DNA of 64,000 nucleotides from Octopus sinensis (taxonomy: Eukaryota): positions 9,858,001 to 9,922,000 of the forward strand of contig NC_043005.1 in NCBI RefSeq assembly GCF_006345805.1. Reading direction: 5' to 3'. Below are positions 11,478 through 26,140 of this stretch, one piece after another. Position 1 is the first letter of the stretch. Every line of letters begins with the position of its first letter. The notes beneath the pieces are model-generated. The model searched no databases and was not told where the DNA came from. It saw only the letters and a program-made list of their open reading frames with translations. The position numbers and the translations under genes were made by a program.

Positions 11478-11785
11478 GTGGAGGTACATGGCCTAGTGGT
11501 TAGAGCAGCGAACTCGCAGTGGCGTGATCGCGGGTTCGAATCTCAGACCGGACGATGTGTGTATTTATGAGCGAAAACACCTAAGCTCCACGCGGCTCCG
11601 GCAGAAGGTAATGGCGAAACTTCTGCTGACTCTTTCGCCACAACTTTCTCTCACTCTTACCTCCTGCATCTTGCAGCTCACCTGCGATAGACCGGCGTCC
11701 CGTCCAGGTGGGGAACCTATACGCCAAGAAACCGGGAAACCGGCCCATGTGAGCCACGCATGCCTCGAGAAGGAACAAACAAAAA
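11478..11785 (+). mobile_element. SINE family C with tail type 1
   Basis: A box TGGCCTAGTGG, B box GGTTCGAATC; tail CTGCGATAGACCGGCGTCCCGTCCAG...GAGAAGGAACAAAC. Confidence 0.85.
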
Positions 11786-11939
11786 AAACAACTACCATTT
11801 CTAGCAAACGGAGGAACTGTGTAGAAGTCTGATAGCTCGTTTGTTCTCTATGTTTCATATCATTCTTATCGATTTCAAAAATAAATAGTTAAATGTCCCA
11901 AGAACATTACACAGTCATTAAGTCATCAAGTTGGGTTGT

Positions 11940-12380
11940 ACAGTTCCATATTTAAGAGATGAGGAATTATGTACATTATTTACATTTGACAGATATTTGT
12001 CCTCATCTTCTCTGTTGCTAACACGTTTCGGCTGATATACCCTCCAGCCTTCGAAAGTTCCCCAAGACACCTGATGAAGGCCGGAGGGTATAACAGCCAA
12101 AACGTTGTGTTAACAACAAACAAGATGAAAACAAATTTCCGTGAAATGTAAATAATGTTTATAATTCCTCATTTCTTAAATATAGAACTGTGTTATCGGT
12201 ACGGAGCCGATTTTAGACTTGAATGGCGACATCTAGAGAAACTCCATTAAAATGAGAACCCAGGTTCGAAATTTCCCTAAGACACCCGATGAAGGCTGGC
12301 GGGTGTATCAGCCGAAACGTTATGTTTACAACAAACACGATAAGGACAAATATCCGTCAAATGCAAATAATGTATAAAAG
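11940..12380 (+). mobile_element. PLE pseudo-LTR / retrozyme-like array with two tandem hammerhead cores and an inverted arm
   Basis: Inverted arms 11940-12052 and 12076-12191; hammerhead cores 12066-12111 and 12281-12326. Confidence 0.7.
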
Positions 12381-14538
12381 CTGGGTTATCTTTACATAGC
12401 GTACTATCAAACAAGATAAAGGGGTTAGTCGATTTCGTCGACCTCGGGAGTCTTTTTAGCGACCCTAGAAGAGGGAAAAGAAATTGCCTCAACAAGAGTT
12501 GAACTTGGAACATCAAGCCAGAAGATATACTGCTAAGAACATTGTCCGGTGTGCTAACGATTTTGCCAGCTCACCGGCCTTATAGATTATATCAATTCTT
12601 TTTATTTTAAGCACGAAGTTCAAAACTTTGCTGAAGGGGGTTAGTCGATTTCGTGAACTCCAATGTCCATGTTGACTCGCTACCTTATAATAATGGTTTC
12701 AAATTTTGGCTCAAGGGCAGCCGTGTTTGAGCGGAAGGAGAGGTCGATTATAATGATCTCAGTACTTGACTGGTACTTATTTTATTGACCACGAAATAAT
12801 GAAATTCAAAGTAGACCTTGCCGGAATTTTAACACAGAACGTAAAGACCGACGACGTTCCACAAATCATTTTGTCCGGCATGCCACCTCACCGCCTTCTA
12901 ATGGTGCTTTCAAACCTTGGCACAAGGCCAGGTGCCACGTTATAATAATAATAAATGGATTTTTTCTTTCTCATTGCATATAAGTTTTTAGAGCCCTTTA
13001 TATTAAATATGTTGATACTACTACTACTTGTCATACCAAACGTTTTCTCTGAATTATTTATTCTCCAAATAATTATATTTCCGTACCAACTTTCAGTTTT
13101 CTGCATGCACTTAGTGACACGTTCATTATAACTCAACTAGTATACGGGTGGGCGAGATATGTTTCTCTGATTAGTTTAGAAAAAATCGAAACTTGATTGG
13201 GGTTAAGTTTGTTATTGGGAAAATCAAAATTATATTAGACATTAATAAATTTTGTTTTTCATTCAGTGTATATTTTTTGACGTTAGTTTTCAATTAGGAC
13301 ATTCATTAAATATGTTCACAGTAATTTGCCCAATAATTCTCTTGATATTTTGGTCTGAATAAAAAGCAAAAGCTTTCCTTCACCTATCTGATAAAACGTC
13401 TCTGATGACAGAGTCAAATAAAATTCTCCAATTCGTATATACATCAGGTAAAATATTATTTACAAAGATTTGTCAGTTTGTGACGCTTTAAATATCCATC
13501 ATTTTCGCGTATGTATATGATCTAACATCGAGCTCAGATTTGTTACTTTTTATTATAAAGTTTAAAGTCGCTATGTTAGAATACGGAGTAGCATTCGCTT
13601 TTCGCTAATGGATAACCATGATTTAATAGTAAGCATATGTTTCAGTCTATTAAGTTTAATTTATGTTGAACTGTATTCTTCCATCTAGAGACTTTCACCA
13701 TCACATTTTCACTTCTCTCTCTTCCTCCCCTTCTCTCTCTCTCTCTCTCTTTCACTCTCTTTCCCACTCACTCTCACACATACATACATACGCAATTTTT
13801 TACTGGTTGAGAGTACTGCAAGATCTAGTCAAGTGTTTACAGTTTCGTACTAAAGCATTTACTAAAGTTTGCTAAGTTCTTTGGCACGAAGCCCTAAACG
13901 ACTGGATCAGTTTTCAGCCCTACTGTGGTAGTCTTCGCTAAGAAAATATTACATACACGCCTCTCCTTTGTGTAGATGTCACATTCTCTCGTTTACAAAA
14001 TCAAATGTATGTGTTTGTTCGTATGAATGGGTTTGCAAGCACTTTACTTTGGCCGTGAATACGAATGTGACTGTATTTGTGTGGCCGTATGATAGTGCAT
14101 GCGTATCATTTCAGGAATTTTACTAGTAATTATCTACATTATTATAAAAAATAAGAAACGAAATTGGTCAATTTTAATTTAGTGAATAATGGACTTCATA
14201 TATACATCCATCGACTGCGTATATGCCTTACACTACACTTTTAATCCCAAAAGTATATACTCTTATTATAACATACCTATTAAGAGAAGTTTGCTGGAAA
14301 CTCGTATAGGAGAATCGAATGATATTTATCTCGACTACAACTCACAAAACATGTTAAAAATCTCTCTTGCGAAAATATATAACATTAAAAATACAGAAAA
14401 ACAGTTCAAGCAAATATTTGTATCTTACAAGTATAAGAACATGTCAAATGTTTAAAATTTTTGATAAGCATTAACGCTTTCTTGCAGAGATTCTTTACTA
14501 ACGCTATCAGAACATATGCATGTGTCAGAATATATATA

Positions 14539-14633
<95 letters not shown>

Positions 14634-14704
14634 ATATATAATTAACCATATATATGTGTGGGGGGGTGTATGTAAATATAATTTATACATACATACATAC
14701 GTAC

Positions 14705-14745
<41 letters not shown>

Positions 14746-15389
14746 TACATATTAAAAGTGTGTATGTAATGTGCCTATATGTGTTTGTTTATATATTTTC
14801 GCATAAATCTTGTAATTTTCTGTATCTGTTTCTGTCCTCTCTATAAACAATATATTTTTAGTTTGTTTAAACACTTTTGGGTTAAAAAAAAAATTTTGCA
14901 ACGGGGTTATTATTGAAAGAAGAGATCTTATAAGCCAGTATGTGTTTCAGCGTGTTACCACTTAAATGGTAAACCAAACTGCACCTAATTCAAAATATTC
15001 CGTGTTCAATATCATTGCAACGAATTTCGTAATAGACTGGATTGATATCGTGTTTGTTATTTTGCTTCTATATAACACATTCCTTCGGGATCACTGGATT
15101 CATAGTGCTGCAAGAAGTGTTAGAACGTAGGAATGAATGTCCTACACCATTTTCCCTGGATCTTTGCTCTCTGAGCTCAAATCACGCATGGCGTGCTATA
15201 TGGTAGACATGATTTGATACCCTAGTTTAATTATATCATCACTTGGAATCTTCGGTCCCTTAAATGGAGTCCCTTAAATGGAGTCTTACAGCAAGGATTC
15301 TTTATTGAGGATGATCCCTATCACCAATAACGTTAATAAAAAAGACTACAAAACGCTTCTTTGTATTATACAGTATATATTAACAGCCG

Positions 15390-15695
15390 TGGAGGCGCAA
15401 TGGCCTAGTGGTTAGGGCAGCGGACTCGCGGTCGCAGGATCGCTGTTTCGATTCCCAGACCGGGCGTTGTGAGTGTTTATTGAGCGAAAACACCTAAAAG
15501 CTCCACGAGGCTCCGGCAGGGGGTGGCGATCCCTGCTGTACTCTTTCACCACTCTTTCTCCCACTCTTTCTTCTGTTGGCCTGCTCGCTTAGCCAGCGGG
15601 ATGGCGTCATTCGAAGGCTAAAACAATGCGAACGCATTGTGACCAGCGATGTGTAACGACATCTGATGGTCTGGTCGGTCACGTGATCACGTGAT
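15390..15695 (+). mobile_element. SINE family C with tail type 2
   Basis: GGAGGCGCAATGGCCTAGTGG head; tail ends CACGTGATCACGTGATA. Confidence 0.9.
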
Positions 15696-18608
15696 ATTAA
15701 CAGCCATGTTCTGATATAATACTTTTGATGTCAAATCGAGACCATGGTTTCTAAAGCTAAGATCAGTTGAACATGAATTCGATCAGCTTTTCACTTCTAT
15801 CACTCTATGGCTATAAATACATGCACCAACAATATAGTGGTTGTAATTCAACTGTTAGCAGCCCTTCTTCTTATAGAATCTTATCAAATGATTGGTCGAT
15901 AGAAGCCATTATGTATTATAGATGGATGTGTCGTTGCAGGGTGATATAGTACGACAGCAATGTGGTGGCTAATTAAGTACATCACAAAGTTTTGAGTCAT
16001 TTCACTTTCTGAATTAATGTATTATTGACAGAGAAAATAAATGCTGCAGAAACTTTTCGTCGTTTTTCTCTCTTAATCTTCAATTCCTCGCACATGGAAG
16101 GTAAATTGCCATTCTCGTTAGGCCATATTTCGGATATGACTTCGTCACTTCTTTAGACAATGCTTTTATTTCTACCTCTCTTAAAAGTATATTTCATGCC
16201 TAATTAGGAAATCATTATGATGAGCGAATTAGCGAGAAATATAGTGGTACAGGGACTGACATTAGATCTTAGCCGTTCACTTCTAATTATATGAACCTGT
16301 TACCGGAAGCTTTATGCTTAATTAACAAATCTTCATCCTCGTTATCAAGGAATTTCACAACTCCACGAGCAAACGATGATATCACCGTCGTGCTCTTTGA
16401 CGTCATGCGAATTCTTGAACGGATATATTCTGAATACTATTCTTGTTGAGATTAACAGCCACAACACGACAAAATGTTCTTGACTAATCTTAACTATGTA
16501 CGACAGAAAGACGGACGGTCGGAACGTTTTTCAGTGATAATCCAAACAAATGGAGTTGCTTCTTTAGCTTAAGAATTTTGTTTGATATCATACTGCTTAG
16601 TCAGCACTATCATGCCTGAATGGATAGGAAAGCAAACCCAGAACAGCGTTAAGACTTTAATTGTATTCCGATGAGCAATCAATAGGAAATAACGTGGAAA
16701 CATTTATGAAGTGTACGGTCATATTAAATATTTTTGTCTGAACACTAAAGAAAGAGCACGACTTTATTGATTTGTGTGTCTTAATTTAATTCCATGTCGA
16801 CCGTATTTTAAGTATTAATATTCGATTAACTCTCATGTCAACGATTTTGTAGTTGGTAATTTGATAAAATTTTCGCCTAGAGAATTGCTACTTATGAATT
16901 CATCCAATGAACATTGCGTTTCGACCATCTGGTAAATTTCTTATCTAGCCCGAATAGAGTTAGTTTATGGAGCTCGCATTAATTTATAATTATATCTTTG
17001 GTCATTGTTATGGAACAACTAGATTCCTACGCAGAAAACTATTCAAATGATTCGTCAATAGAAATCGGAGAAGGAGATAAAATATATCCATTTCCTATTA
17101 CTCACAAGACATAATATATAACTTAATACAATAGATTTAAAAAGTGGTCATTGTAAACAGACGTTTAGCAATTTCAAACTAAGTTTTTCTTCCAATTATT
17201 CCATATGTGTCCTCCTTGAACTGTACTTGTTTCACTGCATTATGTGCTCCAGATGCATTATCAATTATATCTTAACTGCTTCCTTAATTTTCTTTAGTGT
17301 TTGGACATTAATTAGAGAAAAATAAAGAAAAGGGAATTGAAATCGATTTGCATACTTATAGCAAATAAATTGTACTTCAACATTCATCCTGCAATGACGA
17401 ATAGCAAAGTTAACATTACTGCGATTTGAAATTATGGTGTAAGTAAACGATCGAAGGGAGTAAAATTGACGGCAGAATCTGGAGGGTGTCTGTGGTAAAT
17501 AATTTCGTCCTAGATGCTCTAAGTTCAAATCACACCGAAGCGTGACCTTCGATATCAATAAAATAGATTTAAAAAACTATATACTGGATATAATTTTCTA
17601 GTCTCCCCACTATCACAAAATTTGTGGCCGTTTTGCCAATGTCAGAAATCATCTAACACAACCCATAACACCGGGGAAGATTGCAGTTACGTTTATACAA
17701 TTTCAACAAGGGCATGCAATGAGATACATCCAACATTGGATATATCTTTTCTGCCTCAATAAGGCGCAAAATTGCATCCATTCGCTGACTGATTACAGTC
17801 TTCCTGTACAAAAAGACTAAATACGTTACCACACGCGAAATTAATTTATCTGGTTGTTCTAAGGTACTTTTTATTATTACATTCCAAATACTTAATTATG
17901 AGCTGGGCAAGGACGTGAATGGTAAATCAGTAGGCCGTTGAATAAAATGTCAAGCAAGCTTTGTTCCATCTTTTAAAGAGATAAGATCAAATCCAGCCGA
18001 TGTTTATTCTATATCTCATCTCTCTTAAGACGATTAAGTCCATGTAAAGTACTGGGGTCGATAATATCCGCTAACACCATTCCTTCAAAATTGCTGGTCT
18101 GGTGCCTAAATAACGAATACCTATTATATCTGGCCAAAAGAGAGAGAGAAAGCAGTTACCATGATATCTGCTGGTCACCGACACGAAAGTGTGCATGGAC
18201 GAGAGGATACAAGACTCATAAGTCATTGCAGTTATAACCCTAACCTTCAAAACAAAGAATTAGTTTGAAATATTTACAATAGAGTGAACTCTGCTTACGA
18301 CACCCGAAGGCTGGATGATGGTGACGGTGGATGTAAGGTTGTAGTTGTGGATGTATGAGATCTACAATTCAAAAGCCGGAGCGACTCATCCACCAAGCTT
18401 CACCATATTTCTCCTCAGTCCACTTTTAATCCCAAGATTTGGATCAACTCAGAGCCATGACTCAATTCGCTTGCCCAAGGAAATGAGTAATGTGACCAAA
18501 CCAAAATGAACGCGATTCTAAAGCGAAACCCCTGAAAAGAAGAGAATATATATATATATTAAACGATGATGATGATGATGATGATATATATATATATATA
18601 TATATATA

Positions 18609-19028
<420 letters not shown>

Positions 19029-19199
19029 ATTCCGTTGAATTAGGTACTTATATTGACGCACCTTGCTAGGTCAGTATATGTTTGATGCCTATGCTGTCAT
19101 CTGACGAGAATGGTTTCTTTAATGCTTTCATTAATCAATTAAAGGAGTCGCTTGAAACGGCTGTGTTGAATTGACACCTGTACATCTTTGTTACTCAGT

Positions 19200-19222
19200 C
19201 ATTTATATATATATATATATAT

Positions 19223-19272
<50 letters not shown>

Positions 19273-19525
19273 TATATGTATGTATATATATATATTTATG
19301 TATATATATGTGTGTGTGTGTGTGTGTAAGTATATGTATATATATATATGTATATGTATATATATGTGTGTGTGTGTGTATGTATGTATGCATATTTGTA
19401 TGTATATATGTATGGACATATGTATATATATAGGTATAAATATTATATTTGTATATCTATGTATATATGTATGTATATATATATATATATATATATGGTA
19501 TATGTATGTATATATATATATATAG

Positions 19526-19582
<57 letters not shown>

Positions 19583-19650
19583 ATATGTATGTATATAATA
19601 TGTATGTATGTATGTATGTATATATGTATGTATATAAATATGTATGTATG

Positions 19651-19690
<40 letters not shown>
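19200..19690. repeat. (TA)n/(TATG)n block
   Basis: Seen directly. Confidence 0.95.
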
Positions 19691-19693
<3 letters not shown>

Positions 19694-20559
19694 ACAGACA
19701 TCTGCTACATTGACAGATTCTTTCTCTCTCGCGCAAACGCATACCCGCACTCACCCAAATACGTATACATGTCTGCAGGTGCGTATGCATGCAGCTGCAC
19801 GCGCATGTGTGTGTCTGTGTTTGTGTCTGTAGACGTGTAGGTGTGCATATATAATCTGTGTGAGTGAACGTATTAAAGTATTTATGTTAATATACGTGGA
19901 TATATGCGCGTGTGTTCGTAACGAGCTGCTACAAAGATAAAAATACTATTAAATAATATCCCATTTAAATATCATTTATATGATATTACCATGTGTAAAT
20001 AATATGTCGATGAAATAATATCGTATGTAAATTATATCCTACATAAATAGAAATATATAAATTCATTGCTGTTACTGTGCATTCAATAAAAGTATTATAC
20101 TAATACGAAGTCTCCAGGGAAAGTCAAACAAGTGAAGATACAGTTCAAACGAATAGCATTAAGCTAGAGAAAAATCGTTTAAATCTCCCAATAGAAGTTC
20201 CATTACGCAGCACTGGACATTTTCAAATAAAGTGGCACCAGCTTGAATAATCTACTAACCATCTTAGAGATGAGTCCAAGCTGTTCGGCAGAGAAAAATG
20301 AAACGTTTAATGTTGTTTTACAGCATCAATTACGGGAGTTTTATTTCTATATATTTTGTTTTCTTATTAATGAAGGGCGAAGCAAATGTTTTGCTGTCGA
20401 TTCCATTGAGAATGACGCTATAAGAGAGACAGTGAACATGCTACTTATTAACTTAAGCAAGAAAGGGACACTCATATTTCAAGTATAACTAATATGCATA
20501 TATGTTTATATTATGAACGGCAGACATTTACAGAAATATCTGAAGGTTTAAAATGAATC

Positions 20560-20578
20560 CTATAATATATATATATAT

Positions 20579-20612
<34 letters not shown>

Positions 20613-21010
20613 TATATATATATGATATATATATATATGTATATATACAGTATATATATGACATAATATATATATATATATACAGTATATATATGATATA
20701 TATATATATATATATATATACAGTATATATATAATATAATATAATTATATATATATACAGTATATATATAATATAATATATATATATACAGTATATATAT
20801 AATATATTATATATATATATATTGTATATATTACATATCTTTATTATATAATGTATATAATATATAATATTATATATATATTATATATATATATTATATA
20901 AATATTATATATATATATAAATAATATAATATATATATTATTTATATATATATATATTATATATATATGATATATAATTATTATGTGTGTGTGTGTGTGT
21001 GTGTGTGTGT
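20560..21010. repeat. AT-rich low-complexity block plus (TG)n
   Basis: Seen directly. Confidence 0.95.
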
Positions 21011-21029
21011 TTGTGTATTACAGACGCGC

Positions 21030-21425
21030 AGGTATGTCTTGTGTCGTAAGAAACTTACTTTCCAACCACGTGTTTCTGGGCCCAGTCTCACTGCGTAGCA
21101 CCTTCCGTAATTATCTTGTACTATAGCCTCGGCCCGATCAAATCCTTGTGAATGGATTTGGTAGATGGAAACTGAAAGAAGACCATAGTATATGTTTTTA
21201 TATGTGCGTCTTTTTGTGCGTGTCCCCATCACCGCTTGATAACCGGTCTTCGTGTGTTTACATCTCCAGATTGGCGAGATTGTTTTAGGTTCCGTCTACC
21301 ACTTCCTCCCACAAGTCTTTGGTCGGCCTGAGGTTAGAGTAGAAGATACTCGCCCAAGGTGCCACGCAGTGGGACTGAACCTGGAACCATGTGGTTGGGG
21401 AGCAAACTTTTTACCACACAGTAGC
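21030..21425. mobile_element. Two diverged SINE A fragments in opposite orientation
   Basis: Plus copy about 21030-21270, minus head fragment about 21285-21425. Confidence 0.7.
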
Positions 21426-21470
21426 GCCTCAAAATTAAAAAGGGTACATAAGACAATATGTATTCATCAG

Positions 21471-21668
21471 AAGGCGGCGAGCTGGTAGAAACGTTAGCAC
21501 GCCGGGCGAAATGCTTAAATGTATTTCGTCTGTATTTACGTTCTGAGACTTTGCCTTTTATCCTTTCGGGTTCGATAAATTAAGTATGAGTTGCGTACTG
21601 GAGTCGATCTAATCGACTGGCCCTCTCCTCAAAAATTTCGGGCCTTGTGCCGAGAGTAGAAAAGAAAA
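21471..21668 (+). mobile_element. SINE family B
   Basis: AAGGCGGCGAGCTGGTAGAAACG head. Confidence 0.85.
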
Positions 21669-22554
21669 TACATTCATCTGGATTCAAAATACTTTAATGA
21701 GACATGGTGATACAAGCAGGGAGTTATGCACCAGGCGGTCGGTGTGACCTAAAAACAGGGCGGCAGGAAGTTAAGCTATCAGTGACAGCTACAGAATGAT
21801 TACGTCGCCGCCATTATATGTTACTGTCTGATTGTCCTACGTTACCCTGTGTTTCTCTTGACCACATAGAAGCGTCTCCTTTTTCCATTCTTTTGCATGA
21901 GGTACGGTTTTCCACTGGTCAGGAGATACATCTGCTATCAACATCCAGAACACAGTACACGCTGGCTGATACTATGCAGACCAATATCTTCAAATATTCG
22001 TAGGTGGTGAACATATGGTCACATTTTCTCAAGCATATTTTACCTATGTGTACGTATATAGATAGGTGGACAGATTATTTGACCTACTCAGGCCCCCTAT
22101 TCTCTATACTTACAAAAACAAGTCTTTACATACACATTTATACATGCGTGTATGCGCACAAGTGTGTATGTGTGTGTGCGTGTGTATGTGTGTGTTTTGT
22201 GTGCATTTCGTGTGTGTACACACAGATACTTACATAAACATACATATATATTCACAGTGAGAGAGAAAAGTGAAAGACACGGAGACATAGAGAGACTGAA
22301 AGAGAGGAGATATCTACCTCACCAACAAACCATTCACACAGTTTTTACTTTCAGTGATATTTATATACTTAGGTGTATTTATTTTTGAAACCTTTCCTTC
22401 ATGCATAAATGTGAATTTGTCTTTTAATAGAACAGGTTTGGCTCTCTGATTTTCTCCAGTTTTTTTTTTTTTTTTTTTTTTTTTGCCATTTTAGTTTATA
22501 TTTAGTTTTTTTTGTTTTTTTTTCTTTTCTCTATTTTTATCTCTTTGCCTGTAG

Positions 22555-22628
22555 GAATCGAATGTAATCACGAGTTCATGTAGAAAAGTATGACTTTTAT
22601 CACGTAGGATTCACCTGGAATATTGCAG
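22555..22628 (+). other. Candidate spliced exon (non-coding, or a 21-nt microexon 22608-22628)
   Basis: Very long polypyrimidine tract plus TAG, donor CAG|GTACGT; all three frames of the 74-nt form contain stops. Confidence 0.25.
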
Positions 22629-24361
22629 GTACGTTTTCTCATGATTAACTTCTACTATCCAGTGCTATTGTCTTATATAGAACGAAATATTATGTGCAAT
22701 ATTCCTATTCAATAGATAAATTAGACTACAAAAGATATCCTGTGATTCCTGCTGGCTCTATTGAAGGTATATTTCGGTTGTGTTTTCAATAACAATACTC
22801 AAGGAAACGTCTCATTGAAAGGAATCAATTCATGTTCTCCTCACTTTTATTATGCAATCACTGCTATCATGTACGACATTCTTGCAACACGAATAAACGA
22901 AGAATACTCAGAGCAGTCATTCAGTCTACTAGAAACAGCAGCCAGGACACCTTCCTCAGATCTTACTCACCGCGAGTTATAAACTTTTTATAACATTATA
23001 TAGCTGTGTATATCTCTAGAAGCTTCCTATAGCGTTATATAGTTGTATATACCTCTAAAGGACGAACTAGATTTTGACTATGAATTTGTGATAAATCTGA
23101 AATCAGGCTTGTTCTGCATAAAATAAAAAATCAGGAACAACGATCTCAATAAGGTACAGTAGGGACCAACAATGGAAACAACTGAGGGGTTATGCTGGTG
23201 CAAAATGAATGAAGACAACAGAACACCTGATTTCCTTGTTTAGTCACCATTTTCTTATTTAGCTGATACTGGATCGATTGAATCTAAAAGAAATCGGAAA
23301 TCTTTATTTGTCTTTTATGGTTTCCATTCACACTGTATCCATCCATAGGCTCCGTCTGACCTCGAACTTAAATTCTCATGAGACTAGAGTGTATTAAGAT
23401 TTTCAGCGTGTTCAAGCAATGATTATAAGACTTCCATAGTCGAACGGGACAGCGCTGAGTCACAGGGTTAAATCTAGCTGCCATTTGTACTCATTTTGAG
23501 GAACGTGATTAGGAATACTTTGAAATGAAAATGCTTCGCTGAATGGAACAATATTTTGCACGTTCGAGAGTCAAAGCCACGATAATGACCATTCCCAACC
23601 TTATAAGTGCTAGGCCACATCCTTCACTAAACTCCGGGCGCTCTCTGAATTAAGATGGTATAACATCGTCATGCATAACAGAACAGTCTTCAGAGTGCGA
23701 GTGAAACCTATTTTCGAATATATTCAGTATGTCAATTTACGTTAAGGAGAGAAGATACAAAATTATATTTTTAGTTTGATTTGTAAGGATGGTTATCGCT
23801 CATGATCTACTTTGAGAACACCAGTAATGGTTGTTATTGGGATACGAGGTGAAATAAGACCCTGAGTGGATATAATACAAATATAAGCGACTCGAAGCAA
23901 CAGAGACGGCTGTATTAACAGTAAAGGAGGTAAAGAGAGAAGCAACAACACTTCTGGGCCCAGACGTTAGGAATGAATTTATGAATAGTGTCATACCACT
24001 ACAGCGGGATCTAAAATCAAGAAGTTGTAAATTTACTTCATACGTAGCAAGTTAATAACTTCCTTGTGCCCGTAGAGATCACATTTTATATACATAGCCA
24101 TTACTAGTTTTATCGTGTAGAATATAATTACTGTTTTAGGCAAGGCTTGTGACCCCCTTCGGTCATGAATGACCATGGGATTGCACATAGAAAGTTACCC
24201 TCCGAGGCACAAGTCTAGGCAAGGTTGTTTATGGAAGGCCAACAGTCGCCCATGCATACCAGCCTACCTTCTCCATGCCACCAATGTTATCCAAAGGAAA
24301 GGCAAAGGCCGATACAGTTTCGCACCAGTGACGTCGCAACTCATTTATTAACGTCCAAGTG

Positions 24362-24656
24362 GATGAGCACTCCACAGACATGTGTACCCTTAACGTATTC
24401 TCGGGAGATTCAGCGTGACACAGAGTGTGACAAGGCTGAACTTTGAAATACAGGTACAACAGAAACAGGAAGAAAGAGTGAGAGAAAGTTGTGGTGAAAG
24501 AGTACAGCAGAGTTCACCACCACCCCCTGCCGGAGCCTCATAGAGCTTTAGATGTTTTTGCTCGATAAACACTCACAATGTCCGGTCTGAGAATCGAAAC
24601 CACGATCCTATGACCGCAAGTCCGCTGCCCTAACCACTGGGCCATTGCGCCTCCAC
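24362..24656 (-). mobile_element. SINE family C with tail type 3, tail truncated
   Basis: Head reverse complement at 24656; tail matches 52090-52210. Confidence 0.85.
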
Positions 24657-25766
24657 TAGGCAAGGTTAAGTATCTTAATTATGTCACCGCAATCTTATGA
24701 ACACCTCCTTCCCAGCAACCTTACCCAGCACCTTCCTTCGAGACAGTACCGCTGACGTTGAGATCCCCTGCTCTACATAATATAGGTGTCAACAGATGTC
24801 AACTATGATGTCGTGCATGAAGAAAGCTAAATATTAACGAATCCAAATAGTTCATCTCCGAGCAATTCATCCATCTGTATCTTTGCCTAGGTATTACTTA
24901 TCTCTATCGAAACATCATGAAACAAGTAACATATCTAAATTCTAAAGAGTGTCAATAAATTCTAATTGTTATAATGTTGACGATTTCTAAAAAGGATGAA
25001 ATAGTCCTATACATCGTTACCACTAACTAGAATTTTTTAGAAATATGTGTATTGTGTACATCTTTTTCCTTCCAACACCTAATTTCAAATTCAAATCTAT
25101 GGACCTACAAGATATTAGGGAGAAATTATTATCTACATTGTAATATTTGTCTATTGGAGGCAGTATATGTGCATGTGCACACACATAATACATGTTATGT
25201 AATACAAAGCCAGAATCAAATATACAGAAACTAACAGTCGTAAAATAGGGAAGACAATATAAATAAAAATTAAACAATACCACAACGAACTACTGTTATA
25301 CTCGTTATCTAAATGTGATTAACGTGCGCCGATTTCAAAACAAATACGTGATGATCTAGCAAAATAAAGAGATCAAGATCAGTTGACAAGATCCATTCAG
25401 TTTAGAGGTTTCAGATTACGAATACATCCAAACAAAGTTAACGATAAAGTCGAGATTATATAGACAATAACCCAGTTGAAGAAGTCAACGCAGACTGGAA
25501 GGCGACATACCACAAGTTACTGCTAAGACTAAAAAGGCACGCAGTAACCAAAATGCTTACTATGTATAGAGACAACCACACATATACATATACTAAATGG
25601 AACACAAACGTATCTACATATGTATACATAATCAGTGCTGTACATTGACAAGTTTATGCACACCTGTAATTATGTATATAAACAGGTTAACCAACAGACA
25701 TATATCCCCCATATATATGTATGCACACACATACATATATACATATTTACAATCATACGTACACAC

Positions 25767-25797
<31 letters not shown>

Positions 25798-25923
25798 ATA
25801 TATATATATATAATATATATATATATTATATAATATATATTATATATGTATATATAATATAATATATGTACTATGTATGTATCCTACTATCTATATATAT
25901 TATATATAATATATTATATTTTT

Positions 25924-26036
25924 TATTTTATAGAAGGAGCTTCTACAGGAACTAGAACTGTTTCATTCAAAGAATCATCAGGATGATTTCTTTTGAATGA
26001 ACAGTTCTAGTCCTGTGGAACTCCTTCTATAAAATA
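25924..26036. repeat. Foldback hairpin (about 55-bp arms), PLE-like
   Basis: TATTTTATAGAAGGAG...AATCATC-AG-GATGATT...CTCCTTCTATAAAATA; degenerate CUGAUGA..GAAAC on the minus strand. Confidence 0.8.
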
Positions 26037-26103
26037 AATTAATTTACTCTGCTATGTATTGAGTACCTTATTTACTTGGTTAACCCCGACTCAACCCGGG
26101 ACC

Positions 26104-26138
<35 letters not shown>

Positions 26139-26140
<2 letters not shown>

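Noticed and set aside
15390-15465. tRNA-like sequences with A and B boxes
   Set aside because: SINE heads; they continue into SINE bodies and lack a complete acceptor stem, so no tRNA gene is called
16050-16720. Possible Gypsy RT/RNase H remnant on the minus strand (LGLLSY, PFVW)
   Set aside because: Only isolated short motifs across frames; needs a tBLASTx or HMM search
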